Assembly (NCBI GenBank): GCA_032718475.1
Contig: JAUCBJ010008928.1
Coordinates: 62,001 to 126,000, forward strand
DNA length: 64,000 bases
Origin: Nemertoderma westbladi
Taxonomy: Eukaryota; Animalia; Xenacoelomorpha
Direction: 5' to 3'
The translations under genes were made by a program, and so were the position numbers. Below are positions 1 through 13,156 of the stretch, piece by piece. Numbering within the stretch: the first letter of the stretch is position 1; every line of letters starts with the position of its first letter. The notes beneath the pieces are model-generated. The model worked only from the letters and a program-made list of their open reading frames with translations. It was not told where the DNA came from and searched no databases.

Positions 1-3000
1 CTGCGCCATGGTCCTCGTCCACGTCTTCGTCCGCTACAGTGGCTAGTGTCAATGTGTCTGGTAGGCTCGCAAGCCTTCCGGTGTCACTAGTCGGCGTCGA
101 ATTGTCGTGCGGCGGTTTGACAACTTCTTGATCTATCGGTAGGCTCGCAAGCCTTCCAAGATCAACGACCGGTGTCGAAGCCTGGTGGGTGGGGTCAATG
201 ACCTTCGGATTTTTCGGTAGGCTCGCAAGCCTTCCAAAATCCTCGTTCATCGAGTCATCCACAGCAACAACCCTCAGGTCTTCAGTAGTCAATACAACCT
301 GGTCTACTGCAAGTAGTTGTAAGTTAGAGGTCCGTATGGTCGTGTCCAGATCGGTTACGTCAGTATCGGTGGCGTCTACGTTAGTGACGCAAGTCTGTCG
401 TAGTGCCGTCCGTACAATTGGACCACGGGCGTGTGAAGGAGAATTATCTATCGTGTTAGTCAATAAACTATACGTACTCAAAACGTCGTCCTCCTGGTCA
501 CTTACCTCTAGTGAACGTATTGGTGCTCTAGTATACCAACCTATGGGAGTTCTACATGCGTAGGGGTTGCCCGCTGTAATAACAGATGGGCGTGTCTCCC
601 ATACCTGATGTAAGTTAAACTGGTCTGTCCCAATTAACATCGCAATGGAACGATAATTAACAGGACATTCCGGTATTCCAAGGTGTCGGAAATACTTACG
701 ATCTTCCGGTGATTGCTCTGGCACAGGGCCGAGCAAGTTACTAAAGTCCTTCGTAGCTGCAAAGGTCAAATTTCTTACCGGAAGTAATGAGCGCTCCTCC
801 TTGCTGTGTTCCGCTTTGGAAAGAAGAGTGTCTAAGGTTAGTTTTACTCTTGTCACAGGGATCGCTCTCTTACCATGCATGCTGCTTACAGTATACTGAG
901 CAGTCTTACCTTGACTCAAGTCCGTAACTACGTCGGCTACTTGTTCGTCGACATAGCTATGCGATGACGCAGAGTCTAAGATGGCCTATATACGCTTGCT
1001 CCCTCGGGTTCCGGTAATCTTTATAGGAATCACGCTAAACCCTTTCAATTGGTTCTGTGTGAGGAGCGTTATCGATGGCTGTTCCTCACCTGCATGCACG
1101 TATAAAGTGTCGTCTTCCTCCTCGTCCTCGTCCGATGATCCTGACTGATCCATACAGTCGGTATAAAAGGTATGGATCTCGCGCGGCGCACGCTCCTTAT
1201 AAAGCGCGTCGCATCTAGCCGCTTTATCGGGATGCTCTCGTCGAAAGCGTCTGGTCGGAGTATGACTGGTTGTGTGAAGCAACGCGTCATGGTTACGTCC
1301 ACACAGAGAACATGTATCGTCGCTCGGGCAATCCTTCCGGACGTGTCCTGGCTTCATACATCTCCAACAGGAATCTAGAGATCGGATTTGGAGTCTCCTT
1401 TCCTCGATCCCTAACTCTTTAAAAGCGCGACATCCACGTAGTTTATGTCCGCTATGGTTTCTGCCGTTCCGCTCGCAGTATGAGCATCCCACAAAGTCCG
1501 CCGGCAACTGTTGTCGTGGCTGCGTGGTGCCGATAGGCGTCAGAACTTTAGAAGTCTCAGTAGGGGTGGCGTAAGTAACGGCCTTCGCGTTCGTCGGAAA
1601 TGGTTTAGTCCGATTCGGCGCAGAAACAGTTATCCCTTCCGCCGCGATATGGTGATCGGTATAGTTCGATCGAGTCTCGATCACGGCCTCCCGTGAAATA
1701 AGTTGATAGACATCGGTGAGTTTTAATAACCCTCCGGCCTCTTCGCGTTGGTACTCGATGCGTCGCCATTCTCTTCGTAGTCGATGATGAAGTCGACCGA
1801 TTATTCGAATGAGAACCGTCGGTGCGTTAGCGTACTCGAGTTGTCCAATGGACCGTAAAGTCCCTATAGCGTTCTTTATTTCATCCGCGAGTCGTAAAAG
1901 GTCGATCGGTCTCGAAATGTTGCCTCCTCTGCAGAGGTCTTCAATGATGGATTTAGCCATGGCGACATTACCGCCGTAAATCGAATACAAACGGTCGTAC
2001 GCCAACTCAAAGGCATCGGGAACTCCAATAAAGGTTTCCGCTAATCGTTTCGGCTCACCAGACAGAACTTGGAGCAAGTAGTTAAACTTCTCCGTCGAGG
2101 TGAAAGCACACTTAGCGATCTGGGACTCTACGTAGTCTACCAGTGTGCGCCAGTGTTTCGCGTTGCCAGAGAACTTCGGCGGTTGCTGTGCCGGTAATCC
2201 GTGTCTAGCCGCGAATTTCGCAATCTCGCTAACTAAATCCAACTGTCCGCGTCCCTGTTCGGCGGCGTCGTCCAGTCGCTCCCTTCCGCGCGTTGTTCGT
2301 CGGTAGGAATTATTAACGGGATCTTCTTCTCGATGTGTCGGGGTCCGTCTAGTCTCCTGTTCTCTCCTCGGTGGTCGATGTTGTCTAGGTTGTTCCAACT
2401 CCACGCTGGTTCGTGATCGATCCGACGGTTGCGCTTCGAGTCGCTCTTCTATCTGAGCTAGTCGGTCCGCTACAGGTCGCATTATTTCGGCGAGTCTGTT
2501 GGTGCTGATCGCTTCCGCTGGTTGCAACGTGGGTTTCTGTTGGGGTGTTTCTCGAGGTGGATTGTCGATGTAGGGATTCGTCGACCTCACCTCTCGTTTG
2601 TAATCTTCCGCCGCTCTAGTACGGAATATTTCCCGTTCCGTCGACTCCGAGTCACTGGATGAATCGCTGTCGTCCGGATAAGGTGGCTGGCGGGTTCGTG
2701 TCCGGCGTATTATTCTCGATTTCGTCCGTTGTGGTCCGGAATCTACGGCTCTCCGTTGTTCGGCAGGCTCGCAAGCCTTCCACGAAGTCGTATGTCTCGC
2801 TATACGTTGTCCGATCCCGTGGGTACTACCCACATCCATCCTCCTCCGTAGTTCGGTAGGCTCGCAAGCCTTCCACGAAGTCGTAGGTTGCGTCGAACAT
2901 TGTGTCAACGGTCGAGTGAAATAGTCGGGTTTCGTAGTCGGTCTGTAAATAACTGGATTTGCACAGCACGTCACAGGTTTAACTTGTAATGGTTTACTCA

Positions 3001-4675
3001 CCTGTTTAATGGTCATAAACGCAGGTTCCTCTCTTCCTACAAGTAGACTACGACTTACTGTAGGTGGACTAGTTATGTTACCTGCTAAAATTGGCGATGA
3101 AGTCGCCCTAGGTTGCGGTAATTCCGTCACAACAAACCTGTTGCCTTGCGTCGAACGCACAGGCGTTATTTCCTTAGGTTTCGTAACAAAGACCGGTTTT
3201 ATCGGAGTCGTGGGTTTGAGCATAGGAATAACTTGGGGAAAACGTTTACAGTAATCCTCGACGAACTCCTCTCCTCGATCTATCGCTCCCACGCTTCCTT
3301 CCTCGATCCGCTTCTGTATTCCGCGATATCGAGCTTCCATACGATCCAGGGCAGACAAGTCGTGTCCAGTTCGCGATCTCATAGATCTATCTCTCGCGTC
3401 GAGTTCGAGGTCCGCTTGCGCGTTCGCTGTCTCGCGCGATCTACGATTCAATTCGAACTGTAGTTGCATCTCCCTTTCGCGTCGATCTGCATCCTGTTGT
3501 TGTGCCGCTAATTCCGCTTCCTGTATAGCTAATCGAGCATTTATTTGCCGCGCCTCCAACTTGGCACGAGCGTCGGATGCTGCTTTCTTCCGTGCTAACT
3601 CGTCAGCTGCCGCCTGTCGTGCTAACTCGTCGGCTGCTGCCGCCGCGGCCGCTTCTCGCGCTAAGTCCTCCTCCAGTCTCCGCATCTCTGATGCTTCGAA
3701 CTCAGCCTGTGCTTGAAGTTTCGCAAGTTACGCTACATCCTCTCTGCGCTGTTTTTCTCCTTCGATGGCGATCTGTGCCATCTGTAGTTGCGCTTCTTCC
3801 TCGGCGACTTGTTGTCGGCGTGCAACCTCCTGTTGTTGTCGAGTAATTCCAGACGCTGTTCCACTAACGTCGCCAACGTTGCCAACGTCGCTCCGTACGC
3901 TAACGAACGATCTATCCAGTGGTGGATGTTGGTAGGCTCGCGAGCCTTCCGTAGTGAGAACTTCCGTCGTCCCTCGCGGTTCGACTTCCGGTTCGTCGAT
4001 CGGTACGCCGCATCTACGAAGAAAATTGGTCAGCGTTTCCAACCTTCCGTCCAGGCAGTAGAGTTCTTCTTCCTCTTCGGGTTGTAACAACGCGTCCGAA
4101 ACTGACTCACCTAGCAGTTGGTCGAACTGCTCCTGTTGAGCCAATCTTATCACCGACTTAAACTGGATAAAGCTTTCTCTCGCACTTACCAATTTATCTA
4201 CTATCTTTACCTGAGTAAAGTTGTCGCCACGCAACTCTGCAAGTTCGTGCAAACCTTTAAGTTTATCTACGGAGGCATGTACCCTACTTTCTATCCTTAC
4301 CTGTAAGGTGTAGAACTCGTATCTCGACATCGGGGCGGTTAACTCGCGTAAAACGCGAAAACCTTCTCCAAGGTTCCGAGTAATCTGGGCCATGTGTCCT
4401 CCTATACTTCTGATAACGTTCTCCTGGCTTCCAGTCGAACTTACCATGTCCGGTTCCCGCGATCTAGTCTGCGGGACAGTAAGGAAATCTTCGATTCTGC
4501 CGTCGCCACGCGTTGCGGTTTCCGGTATTTCCGTTCGGGGTACCGGCGACGCAAGCGGTGTGACATCGGTGGAATCTCGGGTTCTCCTTCTCGGTTCGTC
4601 TACTGTCGATCTGTCCGGGTCGCACGAGTCATAGTCGGTAGGTGGGTATCTCGTCGAATGGGGTGTGTCACTCAT
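1..4675 (-). pseudogene. BEL/Pao gag-protease polyprotein of element A, one frame broken by two stop codons
   Basis: ORFs 3728..4675 and 986..3685 share a frame and are separated by a single TAA (3728-3730). A TAG at 986-988 is followed in frame by AILDSASSHSYVD, and the frame then stays open to base 1. Confidence 0.9.
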
Positions 4676-7187
4676 GTCTTATTATATACGTCAAGTACGG
4701 GTAATAAAATGTCAAGTGTCTGAATGTTGAAGTGTCAAACTTACCTAACCGGTACAAATAAATCAACAAGTCAGAATGTCGAAATGTCAAAATGTCGAAA
4801 TGTACAAATGTCAAACTTACCTTGATATATATATATATCATATATATACCCTAACCGGTACAAATAAACTAACAAGGTATATAATAAAATAAGTAGTAAT
4901 CTAGCCTACCGGCTAAATTTGTACGAATAAGTGAGATAACGGTATACGTTAACAAAATGTAGATCAACAAGTATAGACAATAGGCCAAACAGCAACTTCT
5001 AACAGGAAAATAAGTACCAACAACACTACTAATAGACAGTGAAACCCACAAATTTTGAGTACTACTGTGCTTTCTTAAGTTTGAACGACGCAAGTCGTAA
5101 AACTTACGTTCCTTTGATCTTCCAGTCGTACAAATTCCCAAATACAAACCGGACGTGGGTCTTTCCGTTTTTCGGCGGCGCGGACGAATTTATTGTCTCC
5201 CAAACTTTGCGAAAAGCGGTCTAATCCTCGAAGCGGTCCAGAAATGAGTCCTTGAGTCCTGAAAAGGTCGAAGGTGAGAGTTTTACTTCTACGCTTACGA
5301 AAAATCTTCCTAGGTACCGATACAAATTGGTCTTTAAACCCTATGTACCTTTTCAAGTACCGAAAAGTAACACCGCACACACACGGCGTAAAACAAAGTG
5401 CTACAAACTAACTGTTAGCTAGTCAAAGATTAAATACGAAAGTATTAGCTACCCTAAAAGCCTACTGAAGCAGGGGACGTTCTAAATTACTAAATTTACT
5501 AACCTTAAATTTTAAATATCTCCTACTTTCAATAGCTAACAGATCTAAACTATACTATACGCTAATTTCAGAATTTGTATAATATACTTCCTACTGTAAG
5601 GGTCCAGTAGTATACCGCTTACCAGATCCTAGTAACGATGTATCTTACTATGAGACTCTAGTAATGTATACGGGCTCGTACAGTATCTGACAACAAATCC
5701 CAGTCCAGGATATCTAAACAAACAGATACAGTACACAAACGACTACTGGCGAGGAACAGAGCCTTGTATCTATTCTATGTACGTGAGCGGGTCTAATGCC
5801 TACGTACTAGACAGAAGGATACCTGTCCTCTAACCGGTGAGGCAGATGTACAGTTACAGTAACAGACCAAACTCACGGGAAAACAATCCCCGCGCAGCGA
5901 ATCCTAACTATCACTGACAGTCCTAAATACAGTAACTTGCCGCGGTGTGATTTATATGGTTTATATACGAGCTAGTGGGTTAACAGACCTAGCGTAACAA
6001 CACTGACAGTCCTAAATCAGTCGAAAAGGGGTCGTGCCTAAATGTAACAATAACTGATCCCCCTGTACGAAATCAGTCTAAAGGGTCAAGCCTAAATGTA
6101 ACAATAACTGCTGTCCAGACAAACAACAGTTTAATAACGAAAGTGAAATACTCCTTATCTTGCCGCAACTAAATCAGATCCTAATTTTACAAATACAGAT
6201 AATTTCCACCTAAAGTAATGTATAGTACGCTATAGCTAGTAGAACTTTAAGGGCAATATGTTTTAGGGCGTGTGTGTGTGGGTGTGTTACAAATAAAACA
6301 ATTTCGTGTAATTCCTTTTACTAGGTTTTAGTGATTTTCTGACTAAATGATACCGTGCGCTAGCTACTAAAATAAACTAGTCGCGTTTGTAGAACTTTAT
6401 ACTCACGAATGACGTCAAAGCTCTCTCCTTCCTATCCACAACCCAATGGGCAACCACTGTGTTAGTAACTACACCCGTGATCGGCACTAATACCAGATTC
6501 TGGTTGTAAGATAAGAATAGGGGTTAATCGCTACCGTACGTTAGCTGATCTGGTATACTAATTTAATTCTAGAACTTTGTTGCTGCGGTAGTTAGCAGCA
6601 ATACCTATCAGTACGTGGCAAGGCGCGGTAGGATATTAATAAACCTCCCTAGGCCAAGCAGTGTGCCGGTAGCAGAAATACTCCTTGCCTGATCAAATAG
6701 CTAACTCCAGACAGGGGGGGGGGGGGGGTACTAATGTACGTTCTACAAAGCGAACCGGTACCAAACAGTCAGTGCTACGACTCACTAAATTATGGAACAT
6801 ATGCTGTCCGTACCTAATATGTACTCGCGTACTGACGAATGGCAATAGTTCGCACCTGTAGGAAGTACAGGTTAACCCAGGGATTCGTAGGACTTGACAA
6901 AGGGGGGGGGGGGGGGGGGGTGTCTGGATATAATTATTTGATCCTAAATTTGCGGCGTCCAGTACGATGTCACGCTTACCCTGATCTATAGGTCTTACGG
7001 TGGGCAAGGGCGTCGAACAAAGTCTTACCTTCTCACAAAGCGGGCGCTGCATAGCAAGTGGAGTATTTCGAAGGGGCAAAGGGGGTGCGCGGTCGATCCA
7101 ATGTGGGCGCTAGCGTGTTGTGGACATCTCTTCCCTGCGTTGCTTACGGCCTAACGATCTAGGCTGCCATCTCCCTGATGTTTGGCT

Positions 7188-7204
7188 GTCCCGAAGTTGG
7201 ACCA
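7188..7204 (-). other. putative primer-binding site of element A
   Basis: Minus strand reads ...CTGACA TGTTTTCTTT TGGTCCAACTTCGGGAC: TGG after a T-rich spacer, a layout typical of BEL elements. The match to a specific tRNA 3' end is weak. Confidence 0.45.
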
Positions 7205-7214
7205 AAAGAAAACA

Positions 7215-7786
7215 TGTCAGGAATTTGCAGTATATTTACAGTTTTACAAAAGGATTTATCAAATAAAGTTTCAACAAGAAACCGAATTAACTAAATTTAC
7301 AAGAATAAACGATCTAAGAAGGGGGTAAGGTGTGTATGACGTGATAACAAGAGATAACCGAAGGCAAACCGGCCTTTTATACTAGAAATTGCACATGGAA
7401 ACTAAACAGAATTTTCCACAGCTTCACCATTGAGCAATGAAGTGCTTCGTGCCCTATGATTGGCCCAGCTCATCGTTCAACGCAGTCCGGCCCTTACACT
7501 AATCTGGGACATGGAATCCTAACAGAATTTTCCACTGCCTCACATTTGAGCAATAAGATAATTTATGCCCTATGATTGGCCTGGCTCATCATTCGCTACG
7601 CTGTACGCTTCTCATTGGCCTACCAATTAGCACCAAACGAAAATAAATGGCCCCAAAATACAAATTTCCCGACTGGGATTCGAACTCGTAACCTATGTAA
7701 TGTAACCAACGCCTTAACCATCTGACCACTACGCCACGAGAGTACCTAAGGGTTTTGTGTGTACAAATATGAATAGGCATATTACA
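7215..7786 (-). repeat. putative 5' LTR of element A
   Basis: Minus strand begins TGTAATATG (7786) and ends CTGACA (7215). It contains TATAAAAG (about 7374-7381), duplicated CCAAT-containing blocks (about 7400-7475 and 7518-7592) and a tRNA-like cassette. The second LTR is outside the window, so the boundaries are unconfirmed. Confidence 0.55.
7666..7735 (-). ncRNA. tRNA-derived Pol III-type cassette (not a functional tRNA)
   Basis: Minus strand GGCGTAGTGGTCAGATGGTTAAGGCG...GAGTTCGAATCCCAGTCGGGA has A box and B box at tRNA-like spacing, but the acceptor stem does not pair. Confidence 0.55.
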
Positions 7787-10700
7787 TTACTGTAGCTCAA
7801 TCAAAATACGTCGGATTTTCGAAAGTTTTTACGTTAAAGTTAAACTACAAATGCTATCTTATAGTGAAATAATTCATCAATATGAATTTATAAATTTATT
7901 CCCGTGAATTTTATTATTTGATATTAAAATAGACACAGTTTTATTCCAGAACATGTCTGGAGACTAGGATCCTTAATTCCAGAAATTTGTCTTTAAAGAG
8001 TATCGGTAAATGCTATGATATCTTAATCGACTATAATTTTAGAGGATCTGAATTTTAACAGATTTTTATTTATAGATTTTCTAGAGTCAATTTATTAGCA
8101 TTTCCTCTATTTTAGCATTTGTTTTAACAGATTTTATAAATATTTGTTAAATATTTAACTAGGATCCTTAATTACAAAATTTTGTCTTTTAAGAGTATCG
8201 GTAAGTACTACGATATCTTAATCAACTAGAATTTTAGAGGATCTAAAGGTTTAACAGATTTGTTAGCATTTCCTCTATTTTAACATTTGTTATAACAAAC
8301 GTTGTAAATATTTATTAAATATTTAATATTTAATATTTAGGATGGGCACATGTCTGGGGACGTTAACCACTGATTCTAGAACTTTGTATTTCAAGTATAT
8401 CGGTGGCTGCCACGATATCTTAATCGACTAGAATTTCAGATGGTCAAAAGTTTAACAGATTTATTTTGCGCGCTTCAACGCTACTGTTAAATAGACATCT
8501 TTCTACTATATGTATTATTTAAGATACGGTATGAGAGCAATATTGCAAGAAGCAATGTCAGTGAGAAGAGGTAAGTCATTTCCAAGGTCTACCCAGAGCT
8601 TGGTTTAGCTGAGACACGAGGATCTGAACTTTGCATTCCTAATACTCTACTTTACCAATAATACATAAGTATAGTAGGGGCGGTATATTGTACTTTAATA
8701 AGTACTGACATTTCATCTTACTGTAGTCACATATTTATAGTATGATACGGACAGTAAGGAAAGAGAAAATGAAATTATTTCTCGCCATTAACGAATTATA
8801 TTATACTAAGTAATTAAGTAATAAAACACAAAATATATTGCACTAATCTACTGAATAATCGTTAAAAAATATTATTCTACTAAATAAAATTAAAGAAAAC
8901 GATTATAATAATAGAAATTACATAATAATACATACATAAATATAAAAATAAAAATAAAATAAATAATGTAGTCACACACCCACTCCAAACGCTGTTACAT
9001 TGGGGAGTCCCTAGATGTTTGTTGGATTAGGGAGGTGGTCGTGGGAAGAGTCTCTTGCCTTCTATAGTTACCAGACAACTCTTGGTCTCTTTCCAGTAAA
9101 CATAAACGACCAACCGGGCGATTAAATTTCGCGGTTAATTTACTTTCAAACACAATTCCAGGTTTCTTAAAGTTACGTCGCATGACGATGAGTTCTACCG
9201 ATCGCACTAAACCATCATCGGATATATGAGTCTCGATGATACGACCTGTCTGCCACCTCTTACGGGAAAGATCTGATTACACGATAAGGACCATGTCTCC
9301 GGCGCTGACGTTTTCTTGCTGCGCAAACCACTTTGTTCGAAGTTGTAGTGTAGGAAGATAATGTTTTTCTAAATGGTCAGCGAAACGATAGGATAATAAC
9401 TGCATAAGTTGCCAAGTTTGTCGGCAGTATTCGTCTCCGTCTGTTATTTCCGATTGCGGGAGCATGGCTACAGGTTTCTTTAGTAGGAAATGCGTGGGTG
9501 TTAGCGCTTCTAGGGAGTCGGGACTCGATGAGACTGGCATAAGCGGTCTCTCGTTGAGATAGGCGGCGACTTCTTCCATTAACGTCCGCAAAAGTTCATC
9601 GGTGAGATACGCGCGGCACGGCACTATAAAGTGAAATGCGGTCTTTACGCTACGTATGAGTCTCTCCCAACTTCCCCCCCACCAAGGGGCGTCGGCGGCA
9701 TTGAAGGTCCAGCTAGATGCTGTTACTCTTAGCTGATCGTCCACCTGTCTTTGGTTCCAATCCTTTACGTAAGCTTTAATCTCGTTATTGGTGCCAATGA
9801 AATTAGTACCTTTGTCAGATCTCATAGTGTTGCTAGTCCCAAAATGAGCGATTTTTCGGCGTAAACTCAGTATGAAGCTGTTGGTAGATAGATCGTTCAC
9901 CATATCTAGATGGATCGCTCTACAAGTCATACAGACGAAGATGACGCACCATCGCTTGACTATAGTCCTAGCACGATATATTTCAATAGGGCCAAATAAA
10001 TCCACACCAGTATTAGTAAAGGGTGGTTCATAACAGCTTACTCGTTCCCTAGGTAATTCTGCCTCTCGCTGTGTTAAAGGCCTACTAAATGCTTTCCTAC
10101 AGGGTATACAGTTCCTAAGAACTTGGTTTAGAGCTCGACGGGGCTTATGGAAAAAATAGCGAGTTCGAATTTCGCTAAGAACTCATTATCTACCAGCGTG
10201 GTAAAGCTTACTGTGAACATCTACAATCATCTTGATTTGTATTTCAAGATTTCTATTGAGTATGGGAAACTTAGTGTCATGAACAATGGAGCATTGGTTA
10301 ATCTCCCTCCGACACGTATTAAACCATCTATCATTGTGCTAGAGAAACGATCCCTTAAGCGCATCTGTGGATTTCTTAACAACAGGAAATACTTATCGGA
10401 ATCCGCGTAACATTGCAGGAGTCTCAGTATCTGCTTGTTGGTATCATCATGTTCTTGGTAACTGATCTTCTCAGTCAGAAACCTATCAGACAGCCGATAA
10501 GTGGGAAGGTCTTTTGTAGCATGGACCCTTTCAGCTACTACTGAAGTGGCATCATTAGCGATCTTCGCCCTGGAATAGTGATGATGGAAACATCTTTTCA
10601 GATACACAATGGCCTTGCAAAGCTGATTCCAGGAGCTATAATGATCTATCGCCCTTTGTAGGAGAGGAGAGAGTCCTTGGGAGACATCTGGTTTTCCAGA

Positions 10701-13156
10701 TTTCCAGTCTCTTTCCTTTATTTCTATAACAGATTTATTTATAGTTCGAGTAACATCCATAGATGAATTTAGATCAACAGTTGCATCACCGGCGGTATGT
10801 AGCACAGACAGATCTATCGCTGGCTTAAACAGCTTTGATTTACTCGTCCAGGTTTTCAGTTTGACTTTCTCCGCTCCCTTAGCTTGTCTGATCTCCGCCA
10901 TGGTGAGATGAGGGGGCCATTCTTCCTCTTCTTTACCTAGGAAGTCGGGTCCAGCTAACCAGTCTGGATTGTCTATCAATTCTTGAGGAGTAGCTCCTAT
11001 GGAAGCGATGTCAGCTGGATTAATCGTCCTAGGGCAATGGCTCCATTGATCTATATTAGAGCGACTGAGTATAATGGCTACTCTGTTGTTAACAAAGACG
11101 CTGAACTGACAGACTTCATTAGTTATATACTCCAGAACGAGTAAAGCATCAGTCCAATAGACAGTTTTCTCTAGTGGATAGTCGATCTGTTCCGATACAT
11201 TCCGGCTGATGGCTGTAGCGTATAGAGCCGCCTTTAACTACGCTCTGGGAACCCGCAGTTTGTTGTTTATTAGGGCCTTGGAGGCGGCTAATGAAACTTT
11301 AATTCCATCGGGAGTTTCAACCCTCAGGTAGGCTACTATACCGATTCCAACATCGCTGGCATCTCCAAAAACATGGAGTTGATAGGAATACGCTAGACGA
11401 TACGGAATAGAGCCATCGCTTGGTCTTGCTTAACTTGGGCCCTAGTGCCGATAATAGACCTATGGTGCTTCACTAGCCTAGGGTCTGATACCACTACTGT
11501 AGGGATGACTTTTCTCACAGTATGAGGGGACTTAGACTTCGGTCTGGTATGTTCCATACTTTGATCTGGGTCACAGATCGTTCTTTCCAAGAGACTATCT
11601 GACAGTGTTTGTTTTGTGTCAGACATTTTTACAGTTGAATGGCTACTACTATAATAACAGTTAAAGCAAGTCTAGGGGAAATCAGTATCAACTGTCACTC
11701 TAGTAGTTACCGATATCGCTACTCAATGTAACGTGGTATATATCTAATATTAGAATACCGGTATACACCTATAGTATATATATCAGTATTATTACAGGAC
11801 AGACTATGATCAGTCACAGAATACCGGTATATAAGTTTAGCCTAATTTATATAAATATAATAAGCTTACCGTAAACACCGGTAATGTCAATTATTTAATA
11901 ATAACTGATTATCCGAATTTTAGGGATTACTTCCCTTTACTTTATTACTGATATTAAGCAGTAGTTCAACTGATATTAAGACCTAATTGATGTATAACAG
12001 GCCTACTATTTTATAAATCTGATTGAATTGATTTATAAATATATATATATATATATACCCGTAATGGGTTTGGTCAATATTTGAAATAAATGTTATTATT
12101 TCTGAGTAAGAAGTCACTACACAGAGGCTGAACGCTCTCAGTGGAGTGCTACTTAATAGACACTAATATTGATAAATTCTACTTAACTAAGTTACTTATC
12201 ACTACAAATTACTTACATATCGGGTTGAGATTACACAATCTCTAAATAAACAATAAACAAGTTACAAATACAATTTTTTAGGGTAATTTAACAAGAAATT
12301 TACGAACCAGACTAACAAGGAGTTAGAATTTCTGGTTCTTACAAACTGACAGGAAATTACGGTATTTGAAACCAATAAAGTAGTATTAAGTACGTTGTGT
12401 TGTCCAGATAAGGAAATGCCACCGTCTGACGGCTTATAGTCTTACACTATAAGCACTATGTTATGTACCCGGAGTGTCCTATACCTAGAGGTTAATTATC
12501 GAAGCCAACCAGAGCTAACAGACCTATTAACCACATTTCAACACAAATATACTGCCTACACACTAAATTACTTTCAGGAAAGCACTGTACTCTAAACCCT
12601 AAATTAGGTACAAGCACTTATACAACATATAACTAGCAGTTAAATATAGGTGAACAGCCAAAAGAACCACGGTATCTGCTGGAGTGACCGGAACACAAAA
12701 TCACCAGTCTGTCCTAAGCCAAGCAGTCCTGAAGTAGTACTGGGGTTAATTTAGTTATAACAGTATGCATAATAAGCATAATTACTGTGAGGGATAAACT
12801 TGGGGAGATGAAGGTTGCAAATACTTGCATAAACTCTGAATAATAAATATTACGCTACCCATACAGACTATTCAAATAAAACACAGACCAAATGCTGGCA
12901 GTCTACTGTCAAGCCTAAATAAACCACAGTATATGCAATCTCCGAAATGGTTAGTTAGTAAGCGTTCTAACTACGTAGTACGACTTATTCTTTCGTGGGG
13001 GATTTACGTTACAGCACTGGAGGCCTCCACATTCCTAACTAGCACTTTATCGGACAGACACTCTACATACACTGCAATCGCCTCAGACCTTACAACAGTT
13101 AGACAACAATCCGGCCTACTGGTGTACTGAATTTACATCCGCCGAAGCCAGTCCGT
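7787..13156 (-). mobile_element. BEL/Pao element B, internally deleted internal region
   Basis: Homologous to element C in the 5' leader, the start (MSDTKQTLSDSLL vs MSDAKQNLSDSLL), the C-terminus (LPTTTSLIQQTSRDS) and the 3' UTR. Gag, protease and RT are missing. Confidence 0.85.
8995..11390 (-). pseudogene. BEL/Pao RNase H (peptidase A17-type region) and integrase remnant
   Basis: Contains LHVFGDASDVGIG, YWTDALLVL, QWSHCPRTINPAD and DWLAGPDFL. Integrase motifs are GVDLFGP...IFVCMTCRAIHLD...RSDKGTNF...APWWGGSWERLIRSVK...LTPTHFL...LQLRTKW. Stops and a deletion near 10227 break it. Confidence 0.9.

Larger units (their letters stand above)
1..7786 (-). mobile_element. BEL/Pao LTR retrotransposon A (5' part; runs off the left edge)
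   Basis: Minus-strand gag (PPKFSGNAKHW...EKFNYL; CCHC knuckles CWRCMKPGHVRKDC and CSLCGRNHDALLH) followed by aspartic protease (AILDSAS...LIGTD...PYACRTPIGW). A long 5' leader (4676-7204) carries AGGTAAGT donors, and a putative LTR lies at 7215-7786. Confidence 0.85.

Noticed and set aside
6693-7079. Proline-rich ORF
   Set aside because: It is produced by poly-G tracts in the leader of element A.
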